From the NCBI GenBank assembly GCA_963717145.1, contig OY970325.1, positions 3,904,001 through 3,968,000 of the forward strand: DNA of 64,000 nt, given 5' to 3'. How positions within the stretch are numbered: the first letter of the stretch is position 1; each line of letters opens with the position of its first letter. Both the position numbers and the translations under genes were made by a program. Below the pieces are notes generated by a model that was not told the origin of the DNA, ran no database searches, and saw only the letters and a list, made by a program, of their open reading frames with translations. Shown here one piece after another: positions 50,148-59,554 of the stretch. This DNA is from an uncultured Armatimonadetes bacterium (GTDB taxonomy: Bacteria > Armatimonadota > UBA5829 > DTJY01).

Positions 50148-51393
50148 ATGACGATGAACTGGGTTTTCGGGCTCGGCGGCGGCACTGATATTCGCGGCCG
50201 GCTCATGTGGGGCGGATGTCCCCGGAGCTGTGGGTGATGGGAAGACCGACGACTCGGCGGCGATCCAGAAGGCGCTCGATCAGGCCTCGGCGACCGGCGC
50301 GACCGTCAAGCTCCCCGTCGGGAAGTACCGCCTCGACAAGCCGATCACCATCCCCGAGGGCGTGACCCTCGAGGGCGAGTGGAAAGCGCCGCACCACGCT
50401 CAACTCGACAAGGGCACGGTCATCCTCGCCTATGCGGGCAAGGGCAAGGAGACCGATCCGGCGCTCATCAGCCTCACCCCGAGCAGCGGCATCAAGGGGC
50501 TGACGATCTTCTACCCGGAGCAGCGCGTCCCCGGCACGATCGCCTATCCGTGGACGATCCAGGGCAGCGGAATGCACTGCAGCGTCAAGGATGTCACCCT
50601 CGTGAACCCGTACAAGGGCATCGACTTCGGCACGAATTCCAACGAGCTGCACTTTATCCGCAACGTCTTCGGCTGCCCGCTGAAGATCGGGGTCTTCGTC
50701 GACAAGTGCACCGACATCGGCCGGATCGAGAACGTCCACTTCAACCCGCACTACTGGCTGCGATCGGACGCTGAGGGCATGCCGTCCTGGCCGGACATCA
50801 TCAAATATCTCTTCGAGAACACCACCGCGTTCGAGTTCGCTCGCAGCGACTGGGAGTACGTGTTCAACACCTTCTCCTACGGCTGCAAGGTCGGGATGCG
50901 GTTCTTCGCCAATAAGGATGGCGCGTGCAACGGCAACTTCCTCGGCAACGGGATCGACTGGGCGCAGACGGCTATCCTGATCGAGCAGACCCAGGAGCCG
51001 GGCCTCCTCTTCACCAACGGCGAGTTCGTCGGCGGCACGGGCGCTGAGACTGAGATCGAGATCGTGGCGAGCCACACCGGCGTCGCTCAGTTCTCCAACT
51101 GCGCATTCTGGGGGCCGTCGAAGCGGGTCGCCCGGGTTGCGGGCGGATCGGCGAGCTTCGTTCAGTGCAATTTCGTCAACTGGGATGCCGGCCTCTATGC
51201 GATCGAGGGGATCGACGGCGACGTGACGGTCCAGAACTGCCGGTTCTCCCACGGCACGAACCACGTCACGCTCGGCCCGGACGTGAAGACGGCGGTGATC
51301 ATGGGCAACACGATGCTCGGCGGCCCGGTCAAGATCGACAACCGCAGCAAGGGCGACGTGCAAATCCTGGCGAATGTGAGCAGAGCAAAATGA
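50148..51393 (+). CDS. Pectate-lyase-superfamily (GH28-related) beta-helix protein (frameshift near 50175)
   Basis: GDGKTDDSAAIQKAL motif; removing one G restores the signal peptide MTMNWVFGLAAALIFAAGSCGA after GGAGG. Confidence 0.78.
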
Positions 51394-51480
51394 ATGGTTA
51401 ATGGGGAATGGTTGATGGTTGATGGGGACCAGTCCCGAATCCCCCATTAGCCATTAACCATGAACCATCAACCATTTCCC
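51392..51480. repeat. Inverted heptamer repeat cluster (ATGGTTG/CAACCAT)
   Basis: Tandem ATGGTT(A/G) units mirrored by CCAT(T/C)AA units. Confidence 0.7.
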
Positions 51481-51496
51481 TGACAGGAGACACGAC

Positions 51497-52555
51497 ATGA
51501 ACTCACGCGAGCGCATTCTGACAACACTCACCGGCGGCATCCCCGATCGGATCGGCCGCTCGGACAGCATATGGAGCGAGACGTTCGCCCGCTGGAAGAC
51601 CGAGGGCCTTGAGGAGGGCCAGGACATCGGCGAGCTGTTCGGCTTCGACTTCCATGGGATCTGGGGGCACAACAACAGCCTCATGCTCCCCGGCGAGGTC
51701 TTCGAGGACACCGACGAGTACATCATCCAGAAGGATGCCAACGGTGTCACACGCAAGGACATGAAGGGCGAATCCGGCCATACTCCTCACTGGCTCGACC
51801 ATACCATCAATACCGGCAAGGACTGGTTTGCGTACAAGGACCGCCTGACTCCGGACGATTCGCGGCTGCCCGCGGACCTGCTTGAGGCATTCGAAGGCGC
51901 GCGGAAGACCGGCAAGTTCGTGCACTTCACGTCGGTCGAGGCATACGAATCAGCCTGGCCGGTCTTCGGACAGGTGAACATCTTCACGCTGCTGATGGAC
52001 GAGCCGGAGGTCGCGAAGGATGTCTTCGAGACATACACCGACCTGATCGTCGGGATGGCGCAGAAGTACCTCGACATGGGCGTGGATTTCGACGGCGCGT
52101 GGTTCTTCGGCGACCTCGGGTACCGGAACTCGACGCTCTTCTCGCCGGCCTGCTACGAGGAACTTCTCTGGCCGGCGCACAGGCGGATGTGCGACTTCTT
52201 CAACTCGCGCGGCAAGCCGGTGATCCTCCACTCGTGCGGGAAGATCGAGTCGCTGATCCCGAAGTTCATCGAGGCGGGGTTCGCCGCGATCCAGCCGCTC
52301 GAGGCGAAGTGCGGGCAGGACGTTCGGGTGCTCAAGGAGCGGTTCGGCAACAAGATCACGTTCTTCGGCAACATCGACATCCGGAAGCTCTCCGGCACGA
52401 GGGCGGATATCGAAGAAGAGATCAGCAGTAAGCTCCCCATAGCGATGAAGGGTGGGGGATACATCTTCCACTCCGACCATTCCGTCCCGCCGACGGTCTC
52501 GTTCGACAACTACCGATACGCGATCGAGCTGATTGAGAAGTATGGGAAGTACTAA
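51497..52555 (+). CDS. Uroporphyrinogen decarboxylase/MtaA-like family protein
   Basis: MNSRER, GDLG, LHSCG, FFGNID and GGYIFHSDHSVP motifs. Confidence 0.88.
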   Translation: MNSRERILTTLTGGIPDRIGRSDSIWSETFARWKTEGLEEGQDIGELFGFDFHGIWGHNNSLMLPGEVFEDTDEYIIQKDANGVTRKDMKGESGHTPHWLDHTINTGKDWFAYKDRLTPDDSRLPADLLEAFEGARKTGKFVHFTSVEAYESAWPVFGQVNIFTLLMDEPEVAKDVFETYTDLIVGMAQKYLDMGVDFDGAWFFGDLGYRNSTLFSPACYEELLWPAHRRMCDFFNSRGKPVILHSCGKIESLIPKFIEAGFAAIQPLEAKCGQDVRVLKERFGNKITFFGNIDIRKLSGTRADIEEEISSKLPIAMKGGGYIFHSDHSVPPTVSFDNYRYAIELIEKYGKY

Positions 52556-52565
52556 GGGTGCTATC

Positions 52566-52636
52566 AACGGATTGGGAAACGGATGAACGGATGGAGTGTG
52601 CCGGACCCATCCGTTTATCCGTTTCTCATCCGTTGA
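52566..52636. repeat. Inverted AACGGAT repeat cluster
   Basis: Three AACGGAT then three ATCCGTT; same family at 56725-56807. Confidence 0.75.
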
Positions 52637-53522
52637 CCGCCACAAATCCGCATTTCGCGCCGGACTTGAGCCGAATTCCGCCGTCCTGCGCGCGGTACTC
52701 CACCTCGACGCCGAGCGCTTCCCCGACAAACCTCAGCGGCACGTAGACCCGCCCGCCGACCATCTGAGCCGGCGCATCGAGTCCAACACCCTTGCTACCC
52801 ACCAGCGCTCTGCGGCTCCCGACCGCGATCTCGATGCGTTTCGAACCTCTGCTCGCGGTCACCGTCCGCGTCTTCTCGTTCCACGTCACACTTGCTCCGA
52901 GCCACTGAAGAATCCCGCGCATCGGGACCAGGATTCGGCCCGATGACCACATCGGCGGGGAATCGAGCTTGATCGGCTCGCACATGTTCGACGGGGATTT
53001 CGGCTTCGAATGGGACGTGGCGACCGAACCGCCCCGGAGGAGCTTGTCGATCGCTGTAGTGATCTCCTTCTCGGGGAAATCACCGATGTATCTGCGCGCG
53101 ATCATGCCGTTCCGGTCGATCAGGACCATCACAGGAATGGCGTAGACGCCGTAGCTCTTGGATACCTTGGCGTAGGAGTCGTGCAGAGTGCGGAGCTTGT
53201 ACCCCTTCTGCTTCAGATACCGCGTCGCCAGCTCGGAAAGCTGAGGATTCACGCCCAGGATGACCGCGCCCTTGCTCCTGTAGGCGTCGCTGAGACGCTG
53301 CATCGTCGGGAATGATTCATCACAGGTCGGGCAGTAAGTCGCCCAGAAGAAGAGGCCGACGACCTTGCCCTTGAGGCCGTCGAGGGATACGTTCGCGCCG
53401 TCGAGGTCGGTGAGACTGAAGCTCGGGGCCTTCTGCTCGGCGGCACTGAGAGCGCTTGCTGAGAGAAGAATCGAGAGGACGATCAGGCTGATGACACAGT
53501 ATCGGATGGCATGCATTCTCAT
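52626..53522 (-). CDS. TlpA-like thioredoxin fused to a copper-amine-oxidase N-terminal (stalk) domain
   Basis: APSFSL.DLDG, FWATYCPTC and IP..VLID motifs; C-terminal GRILVPMR...VYVPLRFVGEALG. Confidence 0.85.
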   Translation of the reverse strand: MRMHAIRYCVISLIVLSILLSASALSAAEQKAPSFSLTDLDGANVSLDGLKGKVVGLFFWATYCPTCDESFPTMQRLSDAYRSKGAVILGVNPQLSELATRYLKQKGYKLRTLHDSYAKVSKSYGVYAIPVMVLIDRNGMIARRYIGDFPEKEITTAIDKLLRGGSVATSHSKPKSPSNMCEPIKLDSPPMWSSGRILVPMRGILQWLGASVTWNEKTRTVTASRGSKRIEIAVGSRRALVGSKGVGLDAPAQMVGGRVYVPLRFVGEALGVEVEYRAQDGGIRLKSGAKCGFVAVNG

Positions 53523-53558
53523 CGCCCCCCACTGTCTTTCAGTGAACAGTGAGCATCA

Positions 53559-53668
53559 GGAACCGTCAGTCCTGAGTGCGCCTCTGGGCGTGTATCGAAG
53601 GACGGTGGGACCTGCACAAGGCCGTCCTTCGATACACGCCCAGAGGCGCACTCAGGACTGACGGTTCC
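53559..53668. repeat. Long perfect palindromic element, copy 2
   Basis: 47-bp perfect arms sharing ACCGTCAGTCCTGAGTGCGCC...GGCGTGTATCGAAGGACGG with 26076-26190. Confidence 0.9.
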
Positions 53669-53698
53669 CGTTTCATTACCGTTCCTACAGTCCGCTGT

Positions 53699-54562
53699 TC
53701 ACTGTTCACCGTGCCCGCACTGATCCCTGAAGAACCCTGACGCCACGGATGCCAGTGCCTCAGGGTACTCCGAATCGGTATCGCGGGCGATCTGCGGTCC
53801 GTGGCGCTCCATCATCTCGATCAGCTTCCCGAGGGTCGCCGCCATCTCCATGCGCTCGGCCTCCGAGACCGTGTCCGAAAGCTCGCGGTTCAGCGCCGGA
53901 TCGAGGTCTCTCCGCACCACGCCCCAGACGATGAACGACATGTCGGTCGCCTCGTCGGGATGGTTCCACAGCCAGAGCACCTGCGCGAGCGTGCCTCGGA
54001 TCGCGTTGACCATCCCCGCCGCATACCAGTATTCTTCCCTCTTTATGAACCTTACAGCCGAATAGACGCATATCCAGAAGAAAATAGTTTTCCGGCGCAC
54101 GATATCGCCCACGGGAGGCGCGAGGCTGTCCTCCGGCTGGCCGACAATCCGCGGCTGATCGAGCAGTCCCCGGCGGTCGAAGACCGTCAGCATCGGCTCG
54201 GAGGCAGGGAGGCTCGCGATCCGTGAGGCTCGATACACCTTCACGTCGAGGAAATTGCAGTCGGAGTAGAATGCGGTGAACCCCGCGCCGTTGACGTCCT
54301 TCGGGCTGTCCCACGCGACGACGCACTCGCTCGACCCGCAGGCCCGATCGCGCGCGCTCTGGAAGCCGTAGTGGAACTGCTCGTCGTCGACTGCGATGGC
54401 GAGGTCGATGTCGGAATACTGGTCGCACGTACCCTTGGCAAACGAGCCCCGAAGCCAGCATGCCAGAATCCGCTCATCCTGAGCGAACGCGCCGGCGAGG
54501 TCGTTTATGAGGTGCGACTGAGCTCCGGGCCCTCGATTCGGGAAACGTCCACTTGATTCCAC
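53699..54562 (-). CDS. Nucleotidyltransferase (Pol-beta superfamily; aminoglycoside adenylyltransferase-like architecture)
   Basis: GSFAKG.CDQYSDIDL motif plus a helical C-terminal domain. Confidence 0.75.
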   Translation of the reverse strand: MESSGRFPNRGPGAQSHLINDLAGAFAQDERILACWLRGSFAKGTCDQYSDIDLAIAVDDEQFHYGFQSARDRACGSSECVVAWDSPKDVNGAGFTAFYSDCNFLDVKVYRASRIASLPASEPMLTVFDRRGLLDQPRIVGQPEDSLAPPVGDIVRRKTIFFWICVYSAVRFIKREEYWYAAGMVNAIRGTLAQVLWLWNHPDEATDMSFIVWGVVRRDLDPALNRELSDTVSEAERMEMAATLGKLIEMMERHGPQIARDTDSEYPEALASVASGFFRDQCGHGEQ

Positions 54563-54730
54563 TTCTTGCGCAGGGCATTACCCGGCGGACTCCTTCCACC
54601 GGGAGAGGAAATTCACGTACCGCTACCTCAGCTATTATTCCACATCCGCGCGTTTCCCTTCATCGTCCGCCCTGCAGGACCGTATCATCGCACGAACCGT
54701 TCGCCACAGAGCCGCACTAATACCTGGTGT

Positions 54731-54910
54731 GGGGTGCATTCGAGTTGAGTGGGTGGCGACCGTCTCTCGTTATGGTTTCCAGAGAAACCTACTCGAGACT
54801 AGACGGTTGGGGCTTGGGACCCTGGCAGACCAGACCACCCAACCGATCTCCTCGAGTAGCCACTCTGGTGGCATAACGAGAGGCTGACTCACTCTGCGGA
54901 AATGCACCCC
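54731..54910. other. 180-nt rod-like imperfect hairpin (candidate structured RNA or MITE)
   Basis: Nested complementary blocks GGGGTGCATT/AATGCACCCC, CTCTCGTTATG/CATAACGAGAG, CTACTCGAG/CTCGAGTAG and CGGTTGGG/CCCAACCG. Confidence 0.6.
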
Positions 54911-54926
54911 CTTGTGTGAGCCGTCA

Positions 54927-54955
54927 TTGACGGGCTGTTGTCTTCAGTGTACAAT
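54927..54955 (+). promoter_or_regulatory. sigma70-type promoter of the TA-like pair
   Basis: TTGACG-N17-TACAAT. Confidence 0.65.
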
Positions 54956-55063
54956 GAAATCGCGCATCGTGAAGCTGGTTTGCAGGCATAGCGTATGTGG
55001 GCAAAGATTCCGATAATTACGTTGTGCGGCAGAGGCAGCAGTTTATCCGAAAGGGAGCGTGTT

Positions 55064-55420
55064 ATGGCGCGGCAGGCCACATCGACTGATTTCTCACTAC
55101 ACCTCAACGTTATAGTCCAGCGGAAGGAAACCGCTCGCTATGAGGCTCACTGCCTCGAATTGGACTTGGTCGCAGAGGGTCCCACAACTGCTGCTGCTGT
55201 CGAGGAAGTACTCAATCTTGTCGATGTCCAGGTTCGCACCTGCATCGAGACAGATAATCTCGAGAATCTGTTCTGCCCTGCGCCCAAGGCCGCCTGGGAC
55301 AAGCTCGCACAGATAAGATACTCAACGAATCAGTGCAAACATGAGAGGTCCCAACGGCCGTTATCTGTCCCGCTGAATTCTTTCCGCAGCCTTGAGGTGG
55401 ACCAGTACTGCTATGCCTAA
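55064..55420 (+). CDS. HicB-like antitoxin
   Basis: YEAHCLELDLVAEGPT..AAVEEV, a HicB N-terminal-like motif. Confidence 0.65.
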   Translation: MARQATSTDFSLHLNVIVQRKETARYEAHCLELDLVAEGPTTAAAVEEVLNLVDVQVRTCIETDNLENLFCPAPKAAWDKLAQIRYSTNQCKHERSQRPLSVPLNSFRSLEVDQYCYA

Positions 55421-55664
55421 GACGCTGAAACTGCGGGAGCTTCTGAAGCGGCTGGCAGACTACGGCGTGGTGGAGCATCCCAAACCATCCAGGGGCAATG
55501 GCAGCGAACTGCTTGTCTACAAACCGAATGCCCCTGGGTCTCTCAAGGGTCCCATATTCCCCCTCACTAACCACAGCAAGGGAAGAGATGTCCCCGAAGG
55601 GCAGTTGTCCGCCTGTCTCCGCAGGTTCGGGATCGACAAGCTTGACTTCTTCGACGGTCTCTGA
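55413..55664 (+). CDS. HicA-like toxin
   Basis: 83 aa; LRELLKRL..YG...RGNGSE...H..G.DV..G.L...LRRFGI; overlaps the upstream gene. Confidence 0.6.
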   Translation: MPKTLKLRELLKRLADYGVVEHPKPSRGNGSELLVYKPNAPGSLKGPIFPLTNHSKGRDVPEGQLSACLRRFGIDKLDFFDGL

Positions 55665-55733
55665 TTGTCACCTCGGCGCCGTCTCGACCCAGCCATGCAG
55701 GACCACATCATCGCCCGCAACTAATGCCGAATC

Positions 55734-56669
55734 TTAGTACGACACAATCCTCGGCGGGTGGACGCCCTCGATGCACGCCTCGATCAGGTCATCCACATGA
55801 GCGGTCGCGAGGCCGATGACGGTGTCCGCCGCCCCGTAGTAGACCTTCAGCTCGCCGTCCGGTTCGAGGATCGCCCCGTTCGAGAACACCACGTTCGGGA
55901 CCTCACCGCACCGCTCGTAGTCCTCCCTCGGCGTCAGGATGAACTCCGGGCACTGGCCGATCACCTGCGTTGGGTCCTCCAGGTCGAGCAGCACCACTCC
56001 GAGCCGGTAGACGACATTGCACGCGAACCACACGCCGTGGATGATCTGCAGCCAGCCCTTGTCGGTCCGGATCGGCGTCGGGCCGATGCCCCACTTCTCG
56101 CGCATCCAGGTCTCGACCTGCAGGTTGATCGGCTGCCAGTCGCCCCAGTGGACGAGGTCCGGCGAATAGGCGATGAACGTGACCGCGTCGTTCCCGCTCA
56201 TCGGGCGTTCGAGGCGCGCGTACCGGCCGTTGATCTTCTCCGGGAAGAGCGCGCAGTTGCGGCTCCAGGGCTGGGTGATGTGGGGCATGCGCTCGAAGGT
56301 CACGAAGTCGGTCGTGCGGGTGAGGCCGATTCGGACGGTCTCCTGCATCGTCTGGGCGCAGTAGGCGATGTAGTACGCGCCCTCGAGGAAGGTCACGCGC
56401 GGGTCGTATCGGTGCTTCTCCCAGACCAACTGCTCGGGCGCGCCGGGGATCTCGATCGGCTCGGGGTTGACCGTGAAGTGGATGCCGTCGTCGCTCATGG
56501 CGACATGGAGGTGGTTGTCGCGCCGTCCGTCCTCGACGCGCGGGATCAGGACGTACTTGTCGCCGAGCTTCGTCGCCCCGCAGTTGTATATGGCGTTGAT
56601 GTGGTAAGGCAGATCCTTGTACGTCAGGATCGGATTTCCGGGGTACCGCTTGAGAAGCTCTTCCTTCAT
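55734..56669 (-). CDS. Glycoside hydrolase family 130 (mannoside phosphorylase/hydrolase)
   Basis: RYPGNPIL, YDPRV, RNCALFPEKING, GEVPNVVF and YYGAADT motifs. Confidence 0.9.
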   Translation of the reverse strand: MKEELLKRYPGNPILTYKDLPYHINAIYNCGATKLGDKYVLIPRVEDGRRDNHLHVAMSDDGIHFTVNPEPIEIPGAPEQLVWEKHRYDPRVTFLEGAYYIAYCAQTMQETVRIGLTRTTDFVTFERMPHITQPWSRNCALFPEKINGRYARLERPMSGNDAVTFIAYSPDLVHWGDWQPINLQVETWMREKWGIGPTPIRTDKGWLQIIHGVWFACNVVYRLGVVLLDLEDPTQVIGQCPEFILTPREDYERCGEVPNVVFSNGAILEPDGELKVYYGAADTVIGLATAHVDDLIEACIEGVHPPRIVSY

Positions 56670-56966
56670 GTTCGTACTCCTAATCGTGAATCCTACTCGT
56701 ACTCGTACTCGAAATCCGGGCGTTGTCAACGGATCACGAACGGATAAACGGATAGGCTGATCGCGGACCGACAAGCTATCCGTTGATCCGTTTCCGTATC
56801 CGTTGATCGGCCCATTGTAGTCATGCGGAGGAGGCAGCGTCAAGTTCGATCGCGGGCATTGTGTAGGGGCGAAGCATTGGCAGGTCGGATCGCATCTTCA
56901 TCGGGAGTTGATTGCCAACGCTTCGCCCGGATTCGAGTACGATTACGATTAGGAGTACGAGTACGA
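56670..56966. repeat. Hexamer (GAGTAC/GATTAC) and AACGGAT repeat clusters around the GH130 promoter
   Basis: TACTCG tract at 56670-56712 is inverted relative to the GAGTAC tract at 56932-56966; promoter TTGACG-N18-TACAAT at 56814-56843 on the minus strand. Confidence 0.65.
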
Positions 56967-57054
56967 AGAGGAGGAGGGGGAAACGCAAAGAGCGCCGGGG
57001 TATAAGCCCCACACTCATACCCCGACGCCCGGGACCAACGTCCCATTCTGCCCT

Positions 57055-57103
57055 GTAGCCTAGGGCCTTGTGCCCGTTCGACGCCCACAAGGGGCTAGGC
57101 TAC
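57055..57103. repeat. GTAG-type REP hairpin
   Basis: GTAGCCTAG...CTAGGCTAC. Confidence 0.55.
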
Positions 57104-57115
57104 GGAACTTAATGC

Positions 57116-57697
57116 TTAGTCTGTCTTGGCGAGGAACATCTGAGTCACGTAGTACTGGCCGCTCGCAGCCCTGTACTCCCCGACGCCGATCCGCTCGTAC
57201 CGGGGCTCGAGGATGTTCGCCCGGTGGCCTTCGCTGTTCATCAAGGCGTTATGCCCACGGTCCACGTCCACTATCGAGCAGTAGAAGAGGTTCTCGCCGA
57301 TCAGCGCCCACGACGGCCTCGGCGCCATCGCCAGATACCGATCGAGCGGCGACTTCAACCCGGAGGTCGGAGACGTGTGCGAGAAGTACTTCTTGTCGCC
57401 CATCTCCCTGCTGTGCGCCCGTCCGACCCTCACCAGCATCGGATCGATCGTCAGCTTGCTGAGCCCGCGACCGGCACGTTCCTTGTTCACCAGATCGACG
57501 AACTTCAGTTCCTCGGCGGTCATGGTGATGCCGTTCTGTCGAGCGACGGCATAGCCCGCGTCCGCAGGGAATGTGACGGTCGCCGGCATGGTCATCGCAC
57601 TCGGGGCGACGGCCATATCGGGAGTGACATTTGTCTTGGCCGGTGTGAAACTGCTAACGGTCATCAGCAGACCGAAGAACAGCGATAAACTTGTCAT
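57116..57697 (-). CDS. CAP/SCP-domain secreted protein
   Basis: LVNKER, HSREM...YFSH, GENL and SEGHRANIL motifs. Confidence 0.9.
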   Translation of the reverse strand: MTSLSLFFGLLMTVSSFTPAKTNVTPDMAVAPSAMTMPATVTFPADAGYAVARQNGITMTAEELKFVDLVNKERAGRGLSKLTIDPMLVRVGRAHSREMGDKKYFSHTSPTSGLKSPLDRYLAMAPRPSWALIGENLFYCSIVDVDRGHNALMNSEGHRANILEPRYERIGVGEYRAASGQYYVTQMFLAKTD

Positions 57698-57791
57698 TCA
57701 GCCCCTCCTCCAGTACCAATCGAGTCATTCCATGAATGGGGCCCGATCCTGGTATGGAATCTTGCGCGGCTTTCTCTCGAAGAGGTGCCTC

Positions 57792-57820
57792 ATTATAGAG
57801 AGTCGCCGCCCGAGTGTCAA
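57792..57820 (-). promoter_or_regulatory. Consensus sigma70 promoter
   Basis: TTGACA-N17-TATAAT on the minus strand. Confidence 0.75.
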
Positions 57821-58057
57821 CCTGTTGTACCACAATCATTCGATATTATGGGGACTTACCGACAGGACAGCTAGCTGGCAATTATACCTGTTTTCGCTTC
57901 GCAGGATTCACGCCGCCTGCAGAGAACATGGGGGATATGTGGGCGCACGAGGGTGAACTCCTACCCTTTATACGGCATCCGGTCCGGAAATGTTCGCATG
58001 AGCTTGATACAACGGAGGCCTGATGTGCCCCGTGCAGGAGTGAGAAGGAGCACAACC

Positions 58058-59335
58058 ATGACATCATTTGCAGGTATGCTGATCATCCTGGCGCTGGTTG
58101 CCGGCGTCTCATATTCGGCGGTACTGCCCCTCGACAAGCCGACGATGGGCGTCAGGGTCGAGGCCGGGAGGTATATCGTCCGGGGGAAGACTATCGAGGT
58201 CCCGGTGGCCGTCGAACTGGCGGTCGAGCCGGCGAGCAGGGTTGTCGTCGAAAACGAGGAGCATGTGTTGGGTGACGAGCAGTCGGGCACTTGGCACCTG
58301 GGTACCTCGCTGGCGAAGACCCTCGGGCCGGTCGATACGGGTACGAGGATGCCTTATGCCATCGATCCCGGATCGGTCAAGGTACATGCAGACGGCAAGG
58401 TCTATCAGGAGGGCAAAGACTACCTCCTCGATCACGATTGGGGCGGCATCAGTCGCACGCCTGCCGGCCCGAAAGAGAAAGTCATGATCGACTACGCGGT
58501 CTTTCTGGAGCGGGTGGATACCGTCCAGGTCTCGAAGGACGGCATGGTCTCGATCAAGACCGGCAAGCCGGTCCCCGTATTGGCCCGCGCGCCGAGAGCC
58601 GATCAGGGATGCGCCTCGATCGCAAGCATCTACGTCCCATATCGGACTACGCAGATCACCGCCGACAACATCTATCCAATGCCCGAGAAGGACATCTCCT
58701 GGCGCAACTTCATCAGGGTGAGCGGACGGGAGTACCTGTCGAACACGCTCGGCCTGCTTAGAAGTGGGAAGCCGGTCACCGTCGTCTGCTGGGGCGACAG
58801 CGTGACCGACGGAGGCTCTCCGAGTTCCCACGACAAGTGCTACGTCGAGCTGTTCCGCCAACGCCTCAAGAAAGCCTGGCCGAAGACGCCGATCAACCTG
58901 ATCAACGCGGGGATCGGCGGCTCGAACACTGACTCCCGGCGCGCCGGCTACGAAAAGGAAGTGCTCGATCTGAATCCCGACCTGATCACCGTCGAGTACG
59001 TCAACGACTCCGGCATGTCCGCCGAGAAGATCGCCGCCAACTACGCGGAGTTCATCAACAAGGCACGGGCGAAGAATCCCAAAGTCGAGTTCATCATCAT
59101 CACGCCTCACCACATCATGCCTCAGTGGATGGGCAACTTCGGGGTTTCGATCCCGGCGATGAGGAAGGCGGCGGCGGACAACAGAGTCGCGCTGGCGGAC
59201 GCGTCGAACATCTGGGAGAACCTGCGGGTGGTCGGCATCCCGTACATGACGCTCGAGGCGAACGGGATCAACCACCCCGACGACCTCGGCCATGAATTCT
59301 TCGCCGCCTGCCTGATGAGGTTGATGTCGCCCTGA
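58058..59335 (+). CDS. Secreted SGNH/GDSL hydrolase with N-terminal accessory domain
   Basis: WGDSVT, NAGIGG, EYVND and NHPDDLGH motifs. Confidence 0.88.
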   Translation: MTSFAGMLIILALVAGVSYSAVLPLDKPTMGVRVEAGRYIVRGKTIEVPVAVELAVEPASRVVVENEEHVLGDEQSGTWHLGTSLAKTLGPVDTGTRMPYAIDPGSVKVHADGKVYQEGKDYLLDHDWGGISRTPAGPKEKVMIDYAVFLERVDTVQVSKDGMVSIKTGKPVPVLARAPRADQGCASIASIYVPYRTTQITADNIYPMPEKDISWRNFIRVSGREYLSNTLGLLRSGKPVTVVCWGDSVTDGGSPSSHDKCYVELFRQRLKKAWPKTPINLINAGIGGSNTDSRRAGYEKEVLDLNPDLITVEYVNDSGMSAEKIAANYAEFINKARAKNPKVEFIIITPHHIMPQWMGNFGVSIPAMRKAAADNRVALADASNIWENLRVVGIPYMTLEANGINHPDDLGHEFFAACLMRLMSP

Positions 59336-59336
59336 G

Positions 59337-59535
59337 GGAAATTCGAAATCCGAAGCTCGAAATTCGAAACAATATCGAATAACCGAAAAGGCAAATTCGA
59401 AACTCGAAGCTCGAAATTCGAGACAACTCCGAATAACCGAATAGGGCAAAGGAGCAACCGGACTCCGCTGTCTTGATGTTTGCTTTTTTCCGGATTTGCC
59501 GTTTGTTTCGAGTTTCGAATTTCGTGCTTCGAGTT
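59337..59535. repeat. Inverted TCGAAAT/TCGAAGC heptamer repeat cluster
   Basis: Two direct ~53-bp blocks of TCGAAA-type units and an inverted block at 59505-59535. Confidence 0.75.
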
Positions 59536-59554
59536 TCCTACGCAAGGAGGAACC

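Noticed and set aside
53699-54562. Calling the nucleotidyltransferase an antibiotic-resistance gene
   Set aside because: Only the generic Pol-beta motif is recognisable; substrate cannot be inferred
54760-54885. Hairpin as an integron attC site
   Set aside because: GTT and AAC boxes are in the wrong order on both strands; no integrase or cassette array
59337-59535. Repeat clusters as a possible CRISPR array
   Set aside because: Units are 6-8 nt and degenerate with no unique spacers; no cas genes in the window
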